The notes under the pieces are model-generated. The model had not been told where the DNA came from. It did no database searches and worked only from the letters and a program-made list of their open reading frames with translations. A DNA stretch of 64,000 nt, taken from NCBI GenBank assembly GCA_951406725.2, contig OX597830.1, positions 21,700,001 through 21,764,000 of the forward strand, given 5' to 3'. The stretch comes from Octopus vulgaris (lineage: Eukaryota). This document shows, piece after piece, positions 43,596 to 55,755 of the stretch (the stretch's first letter is position 1; every line of letters starts with the position of its first letter). Both the position numbers and the translations under genes were made by a program.

Positions 43596-43601
<6 letters not shown>
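43389..43601 (+). mobile_element. Short HHR-bearing element, family A
   Basis: GTTT-CTGACCA-A-GAGC-TCC-GCTC-GAAA-CG-TT at 43464-43494; flanked by (TA)n on both sides. Confidence 0.75.
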
Positions 43602-43636
<35 letters not shown>

Positions 43637-43640
<4 letters not shown>

Positions 43641-43837
43641 TTTTATTTGTTTCAGTCATTTGATTGCTACCATGCTGGAGCATCGCCTTTAGTCGAGCAA
43701 ATCGATCCCAGGACTTATTCTTTGTAAGCCCAGTACTTATTCTGTCGATCTCTTTTTTGCCGAACCGCTAAGTTACGGGGACGTAATCACACCAGCATCG
43801 GTTGTCAAGCGATGTTGGGGTGACAACACAGACACAT

Positions 43838-43905
<68 letters not shown>

Positions 43906-44063
43906 CGACGGGCTTCTTTCAGTTTCCATCTACCAAATCACAAGGCTTTGGTCGGCCCGAGGCTATAGTAGAAGACATTTACCCAAGGTGTCACGCAATG
44001 GGGCTGAACCCGGAACCATGTGGTTGGTAATTAAACTACTTACCATACAGCCACTCCTACGCC
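43637..44063 (-). mobile_element. SINE S1, full length
   Basis: Reverse complement of the S1 pattern with an internal (CA)n(TA)n tract. Confidence 0.9.
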
Positions 44064-44077
44064 TAAAATATATATAT

Positions 44078-44390
44078 ATCACCGTGATCACCGTGACCGA
44101 CCAGACTATCAGATGTTGCTACACATCGCTGGTCACAATGCGCTTCGCATTGTTTTAGCCTTCAAATGACGTCACCCCGCTGGCTAAGCGAGCAGGCCAA
44201 CAGAAGAAAGAGTGAGAGAAAATTGTGGCGAAAGAGTACAGCAGGGATCGCCAGCACTCCCTGCCAGAGCCTCGTGGAGCTTTAGGTGTTTTCGCTCCAT
44301 AAACACTCACAACGCCTGGTCTGGGAATCGAAACCGCGATCCTACGACCGCGAGTCCGCTGCCCTAACCACTGGGCCATTGCGCCTCCAC
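44078..44390 (-). mobile_element. tRNA-derived SINE family S3, full length; partial copies at 45534-46055 (+), 55280-55415 (-) and 55755-55870 (-)
   Basis: Head GGAGGCGCAATGGCCCAGTGGTTAGGGCAGCGGACTCGCGGTCGTAGGATCGCGGTTTCGATTCCC; tail repeats TCACGGTGA. Confidence 0.9.
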
Positions 44391-44524
44391 AATATATATA
44401 TATATATATTGGTAAAACGGTAAGATAACAAAAGAAAGAAAGATACCTCAATATTATGTAAATAGAGGAAATTTATCTATACAATAATATGTTACATTAC
44501 ATTGAGTAATGTAACATATTATTG

Positions 44525-44576
<52 letters not shown>

Positions 44577-44627
44577 ATATTGATAGATAGATATATGTGT
44601 GTGTGTATGTATGTATGTATGTATATG

Positions 44628-44679
<52 letters not shown>

Positions 44680-45491
44680 GATAAATCGATACTAGGGCCC
44701 CTTAAAGGGATCCTTATATATATCTATTTTATATATTTTATTTAAAAAACCAAGAGAAATAACCCATTCGTCCCTGGAAAGGATCCTCATATATAGCGAA
44801 GGGAAATAGCCCATTTCTTTTTCCTAAATTATTCGGTAAAAAGGAAATTGAGTATGCTTATTTCTTAGTATTTGAACTGTTAGAGCTATTTTCGCAATTT
44901 ATCTAGTATAATCCTTAAACAAGAAAATAGTAATTTCCTAAACAATAGATCTACTTATTTCGGTCAGTGACTTATTCCCGAATATACCAACACTAGCGCC
45001 GCTGGAGGTAATATTCTCTGGGAACGTACAAAAGCCCTTTTTAGAGTTATTTACTGGGAATTGTTATAATCTCATATGATTAGCCTGTCATTACATAACA
45101 TGTTTCACGATTTTAGTATACATGCCTTATTAGTATTTCCTCCTATGTTCTATATACTCTGGGAACGCATTTAAGTCCTTTTCGGGGCTACTTTATTTAA
45201 ATTCTTACTATCGGGTAACTAATTTCATGTTATTACCTTACTGACTTCACAGTTTGGGTATTCATAACTTATTGGGAATTCCTACAAACAAGATCCTGTG
45301 TAAGACAGTTCGGTATTCTCTGTAAATGCACAAAAACTGTTTTAAGGGCTATATACTTTGTATTGTTGTTATTGGATTAGCGAAACAATTATGAGAACGG
45401 AACCAAGGGATAAGCCCCGTTTCTCGGAAATTACCGGGTACGTCAGCTAGTACATACATATGGGGTGATCTCATATATATATATATGTGTG

Positions 45492-45533
<42 letters not shown>

Positions 45534-45838
45534 GTGGTGGCGCAATGGCCCAGTGGTTAGGGCAGCGGACTCGCGGTCGTAGGATCGCAGTTTCGATTCT
45601 CAGACCGGGCGTTGTGAGTGTTTATTGAGCGAAAACACCTAAAGCTCCACAAGGCTCCGGCAGGGGGTGTTGGCGATCCCTGCTGTATTCAGTTATTTTC
45701 GCCACAACTGTCTCTCACGGTCATATATATGTATTATGTATGAAATGTGTGTGTTTGTGTGTGCGTTCTTCTGTTGTGCGGCTGCTTCGGGACAAAGCCT
45801 TGAGTGGATTTAGTAGACGGAAACTGAAAAAGCCCATG

Positions 45839-45873
<35 letters not shown>

Positions 45874-46054
45874 CCAGATGTTATTCAAATACTTTTACTT
45901 TCGACATATGTTTCGAGAAACATTGGGGTGGCGTCATGTTGATGACTGCATAAATGATAAACAGAACGCTATTTAAGGCTAAAACAATGTGAAGCGCATT
46001 GTGACCAGCGATGTGTTGCAACATCTGATAGCCTGGTCGCTCACGGTGATCAGG

Positions 46055-46131
<77 letters not shown>

Positions 46132-46346
46132 GTAAGCATTTGTGTGTCGGTGTTTGACAACTGCTGTTGGTGTGTTTACATCTCAGTAACTTAGCGGTCA
46201 GCAAATAAAAACCGATAGAATAAGTACTAGGCTTACAAAGAATAAGTCATCTCGTCGATTTGTTCGACAAAAGGCGGTGCTCCAGCATGGCCGCAGTCAA
46301 ATGACTGAAACATGTTAAAGAATATACATAAGCACACACACACACA

Positions 46347-46382
<36 letters not shown>

Positions 46383-46974
46383 CACACATATAAGAGTGAA
46401 ACAATTGTCTTTTGTGCATGTCTGTCTGCATGTATGTATGTGTGTGTTTATGTAAGCATGTGTATATATGCGCATGTGCGTATATAATGATGCGTATGTG
46501 TATATACGTATGTTTGTATGCCTTTTGTGTGTATGTGTGTGTGTGGGTGAGGGTGGATAGGTGTATGTGTGTCGATGATTGTATATATGTACGTGTGTGT
46601 ATATGTGCGTCCTATTTGAGTCAGTAGGCTTTCAGTAGCCACCCGGCTGTACATACACCCTTGTCGTTGAAGAAATAATAGCTCGTCCAGGTGACCGTGG
46701 CTTTAGAAAACCCAGGTAATACGACGAGGTCGAAGGGCAAAGTTGTTGTTTGTCATTTGTGAAGATGGCGTGAAAGACAGGTGACAAAAACGAGGTGGTA
46801 TTGAATGAAGGCCATTCAGAAGGAGGGCTGATGTTTAGAAACAAATTTATGACACGTGGCTGCCTATACAACACTGGACAGGGGTCAATTTGAACCCTCC
46901 CCCCGTCTCATCTCCTCTCCTTACATCCTTTGTTCAGATATATGATGACCTTTGGATTATATTATAAAGCAAAC

Positions 46975-47230
46975 AAAAGCGACACCCTGGTTGAATCGTC
47001 AGCACGTCGAACAAAATGCTTAATGACATTCCTTGCAGTTCTATAGGTTCTGAGTTCAAATTGCGCCCGAGTCGACTTTGCCTTTCATCCTTTCGGGGTT
47101 GCTAAGTTAAGTACTAGTATAGCACTGGGGTCGATAAATTTAGTACCAGTTTAGCAGTGGATTAGATATAATCCGCTTAGTTCCCATCTACTTAATTTGC
47201 TGGACTGATGCCAAAATTTGAAGCAATTAT
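46975..47230 (+). mobile_element. SINE S2 (diverged); further fragments at ~23125-23240 (-), ~55140-55280 (+) and ~61000-61105 (-)
   Basis: GAGTTCAAATT...GTCGACTTTGCCTTTCATCCTTTCGGGGT..AAGTAC, shared with 13969-14201. Confidence 0.8.
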
Positions 47231-47695
47231 AAAGCAAACATTTATGCTAGAAACAGCAGTCAAATCTCCTTAAAATCATACCATATTGTTTAAATGCAAG
47301 GTAGGGCAATTAGATATAGTTATAGAGAAGCTGTCTGACAAAGAGACTGAATGATCACTGCTGGAAAGTATTGGATTAAAGGCTTAACTTATTCAGTGCT
47401 GAATTGGGGTTATAAAATAAATTATTATAGCTACAACCAAATTTCCCTCAAACGTAATTAATATTGCAATATACCATGTTATAAAACAAAAGAATCAAGA
47501 ATATTTGGCTAACATAATTCTAGATATACCATGTCCGAAAAAGGGAAACGATGGTCACGTTTGGAACATATTTGATCGTTGATCTACTTGCTCGGGGCTC
47601 ATCTGAAGTAAAGAATAGACAAATTTCACTTTTAAACGATGTTTAAACAGAATGCGTGGTAAATCATAGGTGTGTATGTGTTTATATATATATTT

Positions 47696-47820
<125 letters not shown>

Positions 47821-47833
47821 CATATACATACAT

Positions 47834-47924
<91 letters not shown>

Positions 47925-47975
47925 TAGATATATATAGTGAGTAGGGACAATTGACTGCAATCTCTAGCAGGTAGA

Positions 47976-48028
47976 AGTCCAGCACTGATGAAGGATAAAG
48001 ACCCAGAAAACATGGTCAACTGGTCTTG
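47976..48028 (+). ncRNA. Degenerate type I HHR-like motif
   Basis: CCAG-CA-CTGATGA(47985)-AGG-ATAAAGA-CCC-A-GAAA-ACATGG-TC-AA-CTGG, close to a microsatellite. Confidence 0.45.
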
Positions 48029-48360
48029 CCAAGCTGGGGAGGAGTGATTCGCTTCCTTACTCACAATATATCGGACACAGATAATGTGTCGTTAACCAGC
48101 TGGAAAAGACATTTTCCTGGTGTTAAAATGTAGTAACATTGTCCGTTATAGAACAGCCATATATATAAAATAATCAAGGTGGATAGCAGTTATTTAAAAC
48201 CAACAAGGAAATAATTCATCGTCACTAAGGGTGCCAATGGTGCAGTGAGCACTAGCATTGCTAGAAATAGAAGTTGTGGCTAGGGATGTTGTTGTATTTC
48301 GGGACGGTAGGCATATATATGTATTATGTATGAATATGTGTGTGTTTGTGTGTGCGTATG

Positions 48361-48399
<39 letters not shown>

Positions 48400-48506
48400 C
48401 ACAGTCCCACTACGTGCTACCTTGGGCAAATGTTTTCAACAGTAGCTTCGGGCCGACCAAAGCCTTGTGAGTGGATTTAGTAGACGGAAACTGAAAAAGC
48501 CCCATC

Positions 48507-48543
<37 letters not shown>

Positions 48544-48568
48544 CGCAGATGTTATTCAAATACTTTTA

Positions 48569-48654
48569 CTTTCGACATATGTTTCGAAGACAACATTGGT
48601 TTTATTCCAAAGGAATAAACTGTGTAAAATAATGCAATCTTCTCATCAGGAAAG
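48569..48654 (-). ncRNA. Apparently intact type I hammerhead ribozyme
   Basis: Minus strand: CTTTC-CTGATGA-GAAGA-TTG-CATT...AATG-TTG-TCTTC-GAAA-CATATG-TC-GAAAG. It has a 5-bp stem I, a complete core, a 5+4-bp stem II, palindromic stem III ACAUAUGU and a GUC cleavage triplet. Confidence 0.88.
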
Positions 48655-48928
48655 AAAGAGAACCTATATCAACAACAAGACATTATAACAATGTTGATGA
48701 CTGCATAAATGATAAACAGAACGCTATTAAGTATTTTTTTTAAACCGTTAGTAGATCCGACGTCAAAGGCAGACCCTAGGAAGCAAGGAGTACATAAATA
48801 ATAAGTAGAGAGCAAATAAAGAGGGCTATATTGGTTTTAAAAAATACTCAAAGGCTTGGAAGTAGATTTCTCTACAGAAGTAAAGTGCAAGTTGAACTAA
48901 ATGTTCAAACTATAAAGACTGGTAAAAA

Positions 48929-49369
48929 TCACTTATATGAGCTAAAGGTATGTTTCTGCCAGTGCTTACATTTGTAAGATCTCTCTATAAGTGTGTAAAC
49001 AAGGTGATTCTTAGAGAAGAGAATATGGAAGAGTTCAGAGTTGCAAATGTTACAAAATCCTTTGCCCTTATCATAAGGGAAATATGGACAAGATGAACCA
49101 ATCTAAGTTAAAATCTTTATTGTTGTCTTTAAGATACCAAACCAATTTACTTAGCCCTGTGCTATAACGTTTACTGCTATCCCTAAATGAAGAATAATGA
49201 TTGGAAATTCTCTTAGATAACTGAGAAGAGGATGCGCCAATGTAGAAGTAGACATCGGTACCGCAAGAAATTTTACATTGGTATATAGAATTCTTAATCT
49301 TAGAATTATTAGACATAAATTTAATTCTGTTGGGGTTGTCCTCAGAGACCAAAACTATGTTTTTATTGC

Positions 49370-49444
<75 letters not shown>

Positions 49445-50120
49445 GTGAAGGGCTGGTATTAACAAAATTAATGTTGGAACTCTCAGAAAATGAACTTTTA
49501 TTTAGCAGACTGGTATTATGAGAAGATATAATTTGTGAAAGATTCTTTGTGTTGGAGAAGGCAACTCTAACTATATGAGAATTAATAATTGAATAATATC
49601 TAGAATTTTTTGGAAAGTTCTTACCAACCACTTCACGGAACTGCAAAGGAAGATTAGATTTAATTTGCTTTCCATACGGAATAACAAACCAAACAGTTTT
49701 CTTAGTAACAGTCAAATTGTAAGTGGTACTATCTTTAAAGAACGGTGAAATACCTCTAGAGTGAAAAATTGGGCTTAAATAAGGCTTGCCTCCCTTCCTC
49801 CGTAAAGGAATTTTATTATGTTTTGTGTTGTTTTCAATATTAGAATTAAAATCACTCTTCTTATTACAACTAGATTTCTTGTCTTGAATAGTAGACAAAA
49901 GATAAGATTGAGCAGAATCAATGTATGTAACTTTTTCTTTATACCCTTTATACTCTAAGGCAGATTTATAAAATTCTGCCTTGTCGTTAAAAATGTCAAC
50001 ATTGGCGGATAGTTTAGACAATCTAACTGAAATGTTTTTAACTAAATTCTTAGTAATTGCCCTAGTGTGATTACTGGATGGACTAATATACTTGAGATTG
50101 GTGGAGGTTTGTGGTATGCA
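48929..50120 (-). pseudogene. PLE reverse-transcriptase C-terminus plus GIY-YIG endonuclease (track ORF 49071-50021 is its open core)
   Basis: YHKP..NLKYISPSSNHTRAITKNLVKNISVRLSKLS..FYKSALEYKGY..KKTVWFVIPY..NSIYQCKI..FYIGASSSQLSKRISNHYSSF..STGLSKLVWYLK..DWFIL, frameshift, YDKGKGFCNICNSE..KCKH, stop at 48929. Confidence 0.88.
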
Positions 50121-50149
50121 ATTTCTACCCTCATTATTTAATTATATAT

Positions 50150-50330
50150 AGGGAGAATTCACAAAAATAACAAAAGATGAAGACAGGTGGTGTAGACAAC
50201 AAACATTTGTATTAGTTTAACACTCGCGAAGTGAAAAAGTCTAACTTTTCGAGCTTACGCTCTTCCACAGAAAGGATGACAGAAAGAAACAAAAAGAGAA
50301 AATAAAGAATGCGTTGTGGCTAGCAATCTA
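50150..50330 (-). mobile_element. Short HHR-bearing element, family B
   Basis: Minus strand reads CTTT-CTGTGGA-A-GAGC-GTAA-GCTC-GAAA (50247-50274); body matches 26952-27133. Confidence 0.65.
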
Positions 50331-50442
50331 CACACACACATATGCATACGTTTGTATACATGCATCTATGTACAAACATATAAACATCTAAGTGTTTATA
50401 CATAAATAGTTGTATACACACACACGCTCACATGTTTACATA

Positions 50443-50476
<34 letters not shown>

Positions 50477-52209
50477 TGTGTGTGTGCGCGCCTGTGTGTA
50501 AGCATGTATATAACTGGATGGATAGATGGATGGATGGATGGATGGATGGATGGATGGATGGATGGATGGATGGGTGGATGGATGGATGGATGGATGGATG
50601 AATGGATGGATGGATGGATGGATGGGTGGATGGAGAGATGGATGGATGGATAGATGGGTGACGTGCTTCTTCACAAGTCTATGTGTACTCACGCACGCAC
50701 ATATACACAAACAGAAATAATCATTATTACATAAATTTTCTTCTAGCCGTATGTACACAGATGTACATATACCTGCATTTTGATGCTTTTTTTATGAGGT
50801 TTTTTTTGCTGTTTTTTTTTTGTAGATGTTGTTTGTAATTCTTATATTCAATAACAAACAACGATTGGTCAACCATCCACCCATCCACTCACCTACCCCT
50901 ACTCATAGCATGAAAAACATAAAAGAAAATGGGTAGAAAACAAACCATACAATATTGAATTTAGAAGGCTTTTCTTTGCACGAATCGGATTTATATAGAT
51001 TCTTAAGGAAATTGGGCGCGTTGGGTATGTGGTGGTGGTGGTGGTGGTGGTGGTGGTGGTGGTAGTGGTGGTGGTGGTGGTGGTGGTGGTGGCAGGTGGT
51101 GGTAGTGGTGATGGCGGTTCAGAAATGTGAAAATCTCGTTCACCTTCCTTTCACCTAACAAAAACACGCACACACACACACACACATTCACACGCATACG
51201 CACACATACATGCTGGCACGCACACACGCAAGCACACCTGCCGCGAAAAAAACACCTTTTATCCATCACCGCCTCTGGTTATATTCAAGCGCTCTCCGGC
51301 AACAAAATGGCCGATGTTCGTTTTGATGTCGGTTGATAAAATTGCGTTTTTTTTTTTATTTCATCTGCACCTGACGTTCTTGCAACATATTGTAGAAATG
51401 ATTGAACATGTGTACATATATGTATTACATGTGTACATGTGAATGTATGAAGGTGAGTGTGCATGTGTGTGTATTTGTACGTGTGTATGAGTGAACGAAG
51501 GTACGATGGTTTACTTTGTATGTGTGTGTTAAGAGTTTGTGCGTATGCGGCATTTTTCTTTGTGTGTGCGTACATGTGTGTGTTTGTGAGAGTACGTTTG
51601 TGCGTTTGTATGTGTGTTTATGAGTGAACGAAGGTAAGGCACTTTACGTTGTATGTGTTTGTGTTTATGTGTGTGTATGTGTGTGTTTGTATGATGGAAA
51701 AATCAACATAGATCAAAAACTGGGGTTTTATTTTTCAACAACGATAACAGCTATAGCCATAACAACAACAACAACAACAACGACAACAACGACGACGATG
51801 ATGATGACAACAGTGAAACCAACTTAGGTGCTTCTCTGTGGTCATTAGACTTGCTAGAAATAACAACTAAATCTTGCTCAAACCACAGATCACACACTCA
51901 CGCCTTATAAAAATAAAAATAAAGAACCCATTCACTAATCTAATCCGGGTTAGACAATCCTTGATAAAATACAAAGGCGGGGTGGGCACTGTTTCAGTGG
52001 CTTTTCATTTTGTCATCTCGATCAAATTTTGTGTGGGCCTAAACAACAATAATAATGACAACAACAACAGCAACAACAACAGCTGTCTTTGGTGTTGACT
52101 GTGATATAAAGGTACTGTTTATATATTATTCATTTACATAGACAGGTGGTACACACACACACACACACACGCGTACACATGCACATATACATATGAACAT
52201 ATATACATA

Positions 52210-52371
52210 GGCGCAGGAGTGGGTGTGTGGTAAGTAGCTTGCTTACCAACCACATGGTTCCGGGTTCAGTCCCACTACGTGGTACCTTGGGCAAGTGTCT
52301 CCTACTATAGCCTCGGGCCGACCAAAGCCTTGTGAGCGGATTTAGTAGATGGAAACTGAAGGAAGACTGTC

Positions 52372-52464
<93 letters not shown>

Positions 52465-52664
52465 TGTGTCTGTATTTGTTCCCCCAACATCGCTTGACAA
52501 CCGATGCTGGTGTGTTTACGTCCCCGTAACTCTGGTTCGGTAAAAAAAGGAACCGATAGAATAAGTACTAGGCTTACAAAGAATAAGTCATGGGGTCGAT
52601 TTGCTCGACCAAAGGCGGTGCTCCAGCTTGGCCGCAGTCAAATGACTGAAACAAATAAAAGAAT
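52210..52664 (+). mobile_element. SINE S1, full length (other S1 copies or fragments near 11532, 12370, 16300, 21460, 23855, 28060-28715, 39835-40635, 43205, 46140, 48400, 53195, 57285, 58865-59822, 61965, 63640)
   Basis: GGCGCAGGAGTGGGTGTGTGGTAAGTAGCTTGCTTACCAACCACATGGTTCCGGGTTCAGTCCCA head, CORE-like segment, internal (TA)n(TG)n and conserved tail. Confidence 0.93.
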
Positions 52665-52750
52665 ACACTTATATATATAGAAGCACACAAAACGCACACA
52701 GACACATACACACATGCATACATACATACATACATACATACATACATACA

Positions 52751-52782
<32 letters not shown>

Positions 52783-53459
52783 CACACACGCATATACCAC
52801 CACAACCGCCACCGTCGTCACCTCAACCATTACCACCGCAAGCGGTTTCATCATAATCACATCTCACACAAACAAAAGCACACACACACACACGTACAGA
52901 TCTATACACGAATACGCGGATCCATATACAGAAACACGTGCATACATGCAGTCCATGCACACATGCACACGCGCCGCACATACGTAGACACACGAACACA
53001 ATTCTAATAGCCATCGTCGCCGCCTGCACCGCCATCTTCACTGCTCCCAAGCAGCACCGGTAAAGGAAACATTCGATCGTTTTGAATAGCAGCCAAATCT
53101 CCCTCAAAATGTATTCTACTGCCATAAAAAATAAGTTAAATAAAGGACACGTTAGGCGATGCTGGAGATCTTTTATTTATTTATTATTTTTTTTTGTCTT
53201 TTGTTTGTTTCAGTCATTGCACTGCGGCCACACTGGAGCACCGCCTCGAAGGGAATTTTAGTCGAACAAATCGAACCCAGCGCTTCATTTTGAGTTTGGT
53301 AATTCATCCATCGGTCCTTGTGCCGAAATGCTAAATTACTGGTGGGAGGGTGAGTCCTGGGGGGGTGATACAAAGAGACGTGATGGTCGTGGGTGGAATA
53401 CTCTTGATTTTATAACGCTTTAAGACGGAACCGGAGCTAAATAACAACTGCAAGTATCC

Positions 53460-53504
<45 letters not shown>

Positions 53505-53801
53505 GATACTACCACTACTACTACCACCACCACCACCACCACTACTGCTACTACTACTACTACTACCACCACCGATACTACCACTACTACTACCACCACC
53601 ACCACCACTACTGCTACTACCATCACCACCACATCTATTACCACTACTATTACCACCATCACCACCACCACTACTGTTACTACTACTACTACTACTACTA
53701 TTACTACCACCAGCACGACAAGAACCATCACCACCACAACTACTGCTGCTACTACTATTACTACCACCACCACAACCAGAACTACCATCACCAGAACCAT
53801 C

Positions 53802-53835
<34 letters not shown>

Positions 53836-54205
53836 ATACTATTGCTACTACTATTACTATTGTTTCACAAACGACATCATCAGCATCATCAAAAGAAAGT
53901 AGCCGTGTCACTGTGACACTCACCGATCTCATATGAGACCGCCATTAAGCAAGCAGACGGTGGCTCGTGAAAAGGGCGGGGTTGTTGGGATGGGGGAACG
54001 TGGGGACGGTGGCGGAAGTAGCAGTGATGAAGATGAGTGATGATGATGACGACGACGACGATGACGGTGGTGATGGTGACAGCAATGGTGGTGGTGGTGG
54101 TGCTGCTGCTGCTGCTGTTGCTGGTGGTGGTGGTGGTGGTGACGACAATGACAACGACCACGACAACGACCACGACAACGACGATAACTATGATGTTTAT
54201 GGCGG

Positions 54206-54258
<53 letters not shown>

Positions 54259-54318
54259 TATCATCATGATGACGATGATGAGGATAAGGGTGACGACGAC
54301 GACGATGACGTTTATCGC

Positions 54319-54419
<101 letters not shown>

Positions 54420-54435
54420 GGGTGACGACGACGAC

Positions 54436-54486
<51 letters not shown>

Positions 54487-54603
54487 GATGATAGTATCAT
54501 CATGATGACGATGATGAGGATAAGGGTGACGACGACGATGATGACGTTTATCGCGATGATGATGATGTGGTGGGGCAGGAAAAAGTGTATGAGGAGTGGG
54601 GGT

Positions 54604-54941
54604 GGTTTAACGTTCGTCCTCGTTGTTGTTGTTCTTGTTGTTCAGGTAAAACAAAGGTAATAAACAAACGTTGTATGTGGGGCTGGAGAGGCGACGTCGG
54701 TAGTGACATGTGGGTGGGTTGAGGTGTAGGGGTGAGGTGTGGGCAGAAGTGGGGGTGGGGCTCAGGGATGGAGATGTGAGATGATAGAAAATGGTTTAAC
54801 GTTCGCCCTCGTTGTTGTTGTTCTTGTTGTTCAGGTAAAACAAAGGTAATAAACAAACGTTGTATGTGGGGCTGAGGGGGCGACGTCGGTAGTGACATGT
54901 GGGTGGGTTGAGGGATGGAGATGTGAGATGATAGAAAATGG
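54604..54941. repeat. Tandem duplication of a ~190-bp non-microsatellite segment (second copy internally deleted)
   Basis: GGTTTAACGTTCG.CCTCGTTG...GGAGATGTGAGATGATAGAAAAT at 54604-54792 and again from 54793. Confidence 0.9.
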
Positions 54942-55083
54942 TAGAAATGTTCCAGCGACCATCTGTCTGTTTTGTTTATGGTTTTCTGGAGGGGGAGCGT
55001 GATGGGGGGTGGAAGGACAAACAGAGCTTCTGTCTTCTCACACTGAGTTTTTAAATATACAAACGCATCATTGATGGTTGTTG

Positions 55084-55125
<42 letters not shown>

Positions 55126-55654
55126 TTGTTGTTGTTGTTATTTGGCAGAATCATTAGCACTCCGAACAAAATGCTGAGCGGCATTTCGTCCGTCCTTTTA
55201 CGTTCTGAGTTCAAATTCCGCCGAGATCGACATTGCCTTTCATCCTTTCAGGGTCGATAAAGTAAGTACAACAGGGGTCGCCACCACCCCCTGCCGGAGC
55301 CTCGTGGAGCTTTAGGTGTTTCCGCTCAATAAACACACACGCCCGGTCTGGGAATCGAAACCGCGATCCTCCGACCGTGAGTCCGCTGCCCTAACCACTG
55401 GGCCATTGCACCTCTACTGCAGCTGTTGTTGTTCTTGAAGTTGTTATTGCAGTCACCTTTCTTGCTGCAGTTGCTGTTGCTGTTGGGCTGCAGTTGCTGT
55501 TGCTGTATGGCGAACGGCCTTATTCTTGCTGAGTGATTTGGATGACGGAAACCAAGTGGAAGACCGTCGTATACACACACACACACACAAACACACACGC
55601 ACATACATACAGACACACACACACACAATCATGTGTGCGTGTGTATGTGTGTGT

Positions 55655-55755
55655 GACATGCATAAGATCTGGTCATCAAATCTAAGTAGAGACTTCAAAC
55701 TTGAAATATTCAAAGCCACAGTCGAACCAATTCTACTATATGGCCGAAACCTGAC
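55655..55755 (+). mobile_element. RTE-type LINE internal fragment
   Basis: DMHKIWSSNLSRDFKLEIFKATVEPILLYG matches the post-RT KIW....K..LF.A.V...LLYG motif. Confidence 0.7.

Larger units (their letters stand above)
48545..50125 (-). mobile_element. 5'-truncated Penelope-like retroelement (RT thumb, linker, C-terminal GIY-YIG, 3' UTR with HHR)
   Basis: Coding remnant 48929-50120, HHR at 48569-48654, and a 3' end abutting (TA)n at 48508-48540. Confidence 0.9.

Noticed and set aside
44315-44390. tRNA-like sequences at SINE heads (also 14110-14200, 23460-23535, 52210-52280)
   Set aside because: They have A/B boxes but I could not form a complete cloverleaf acceptor stem, and each continues into a SINE body; not called as tRNA genes.
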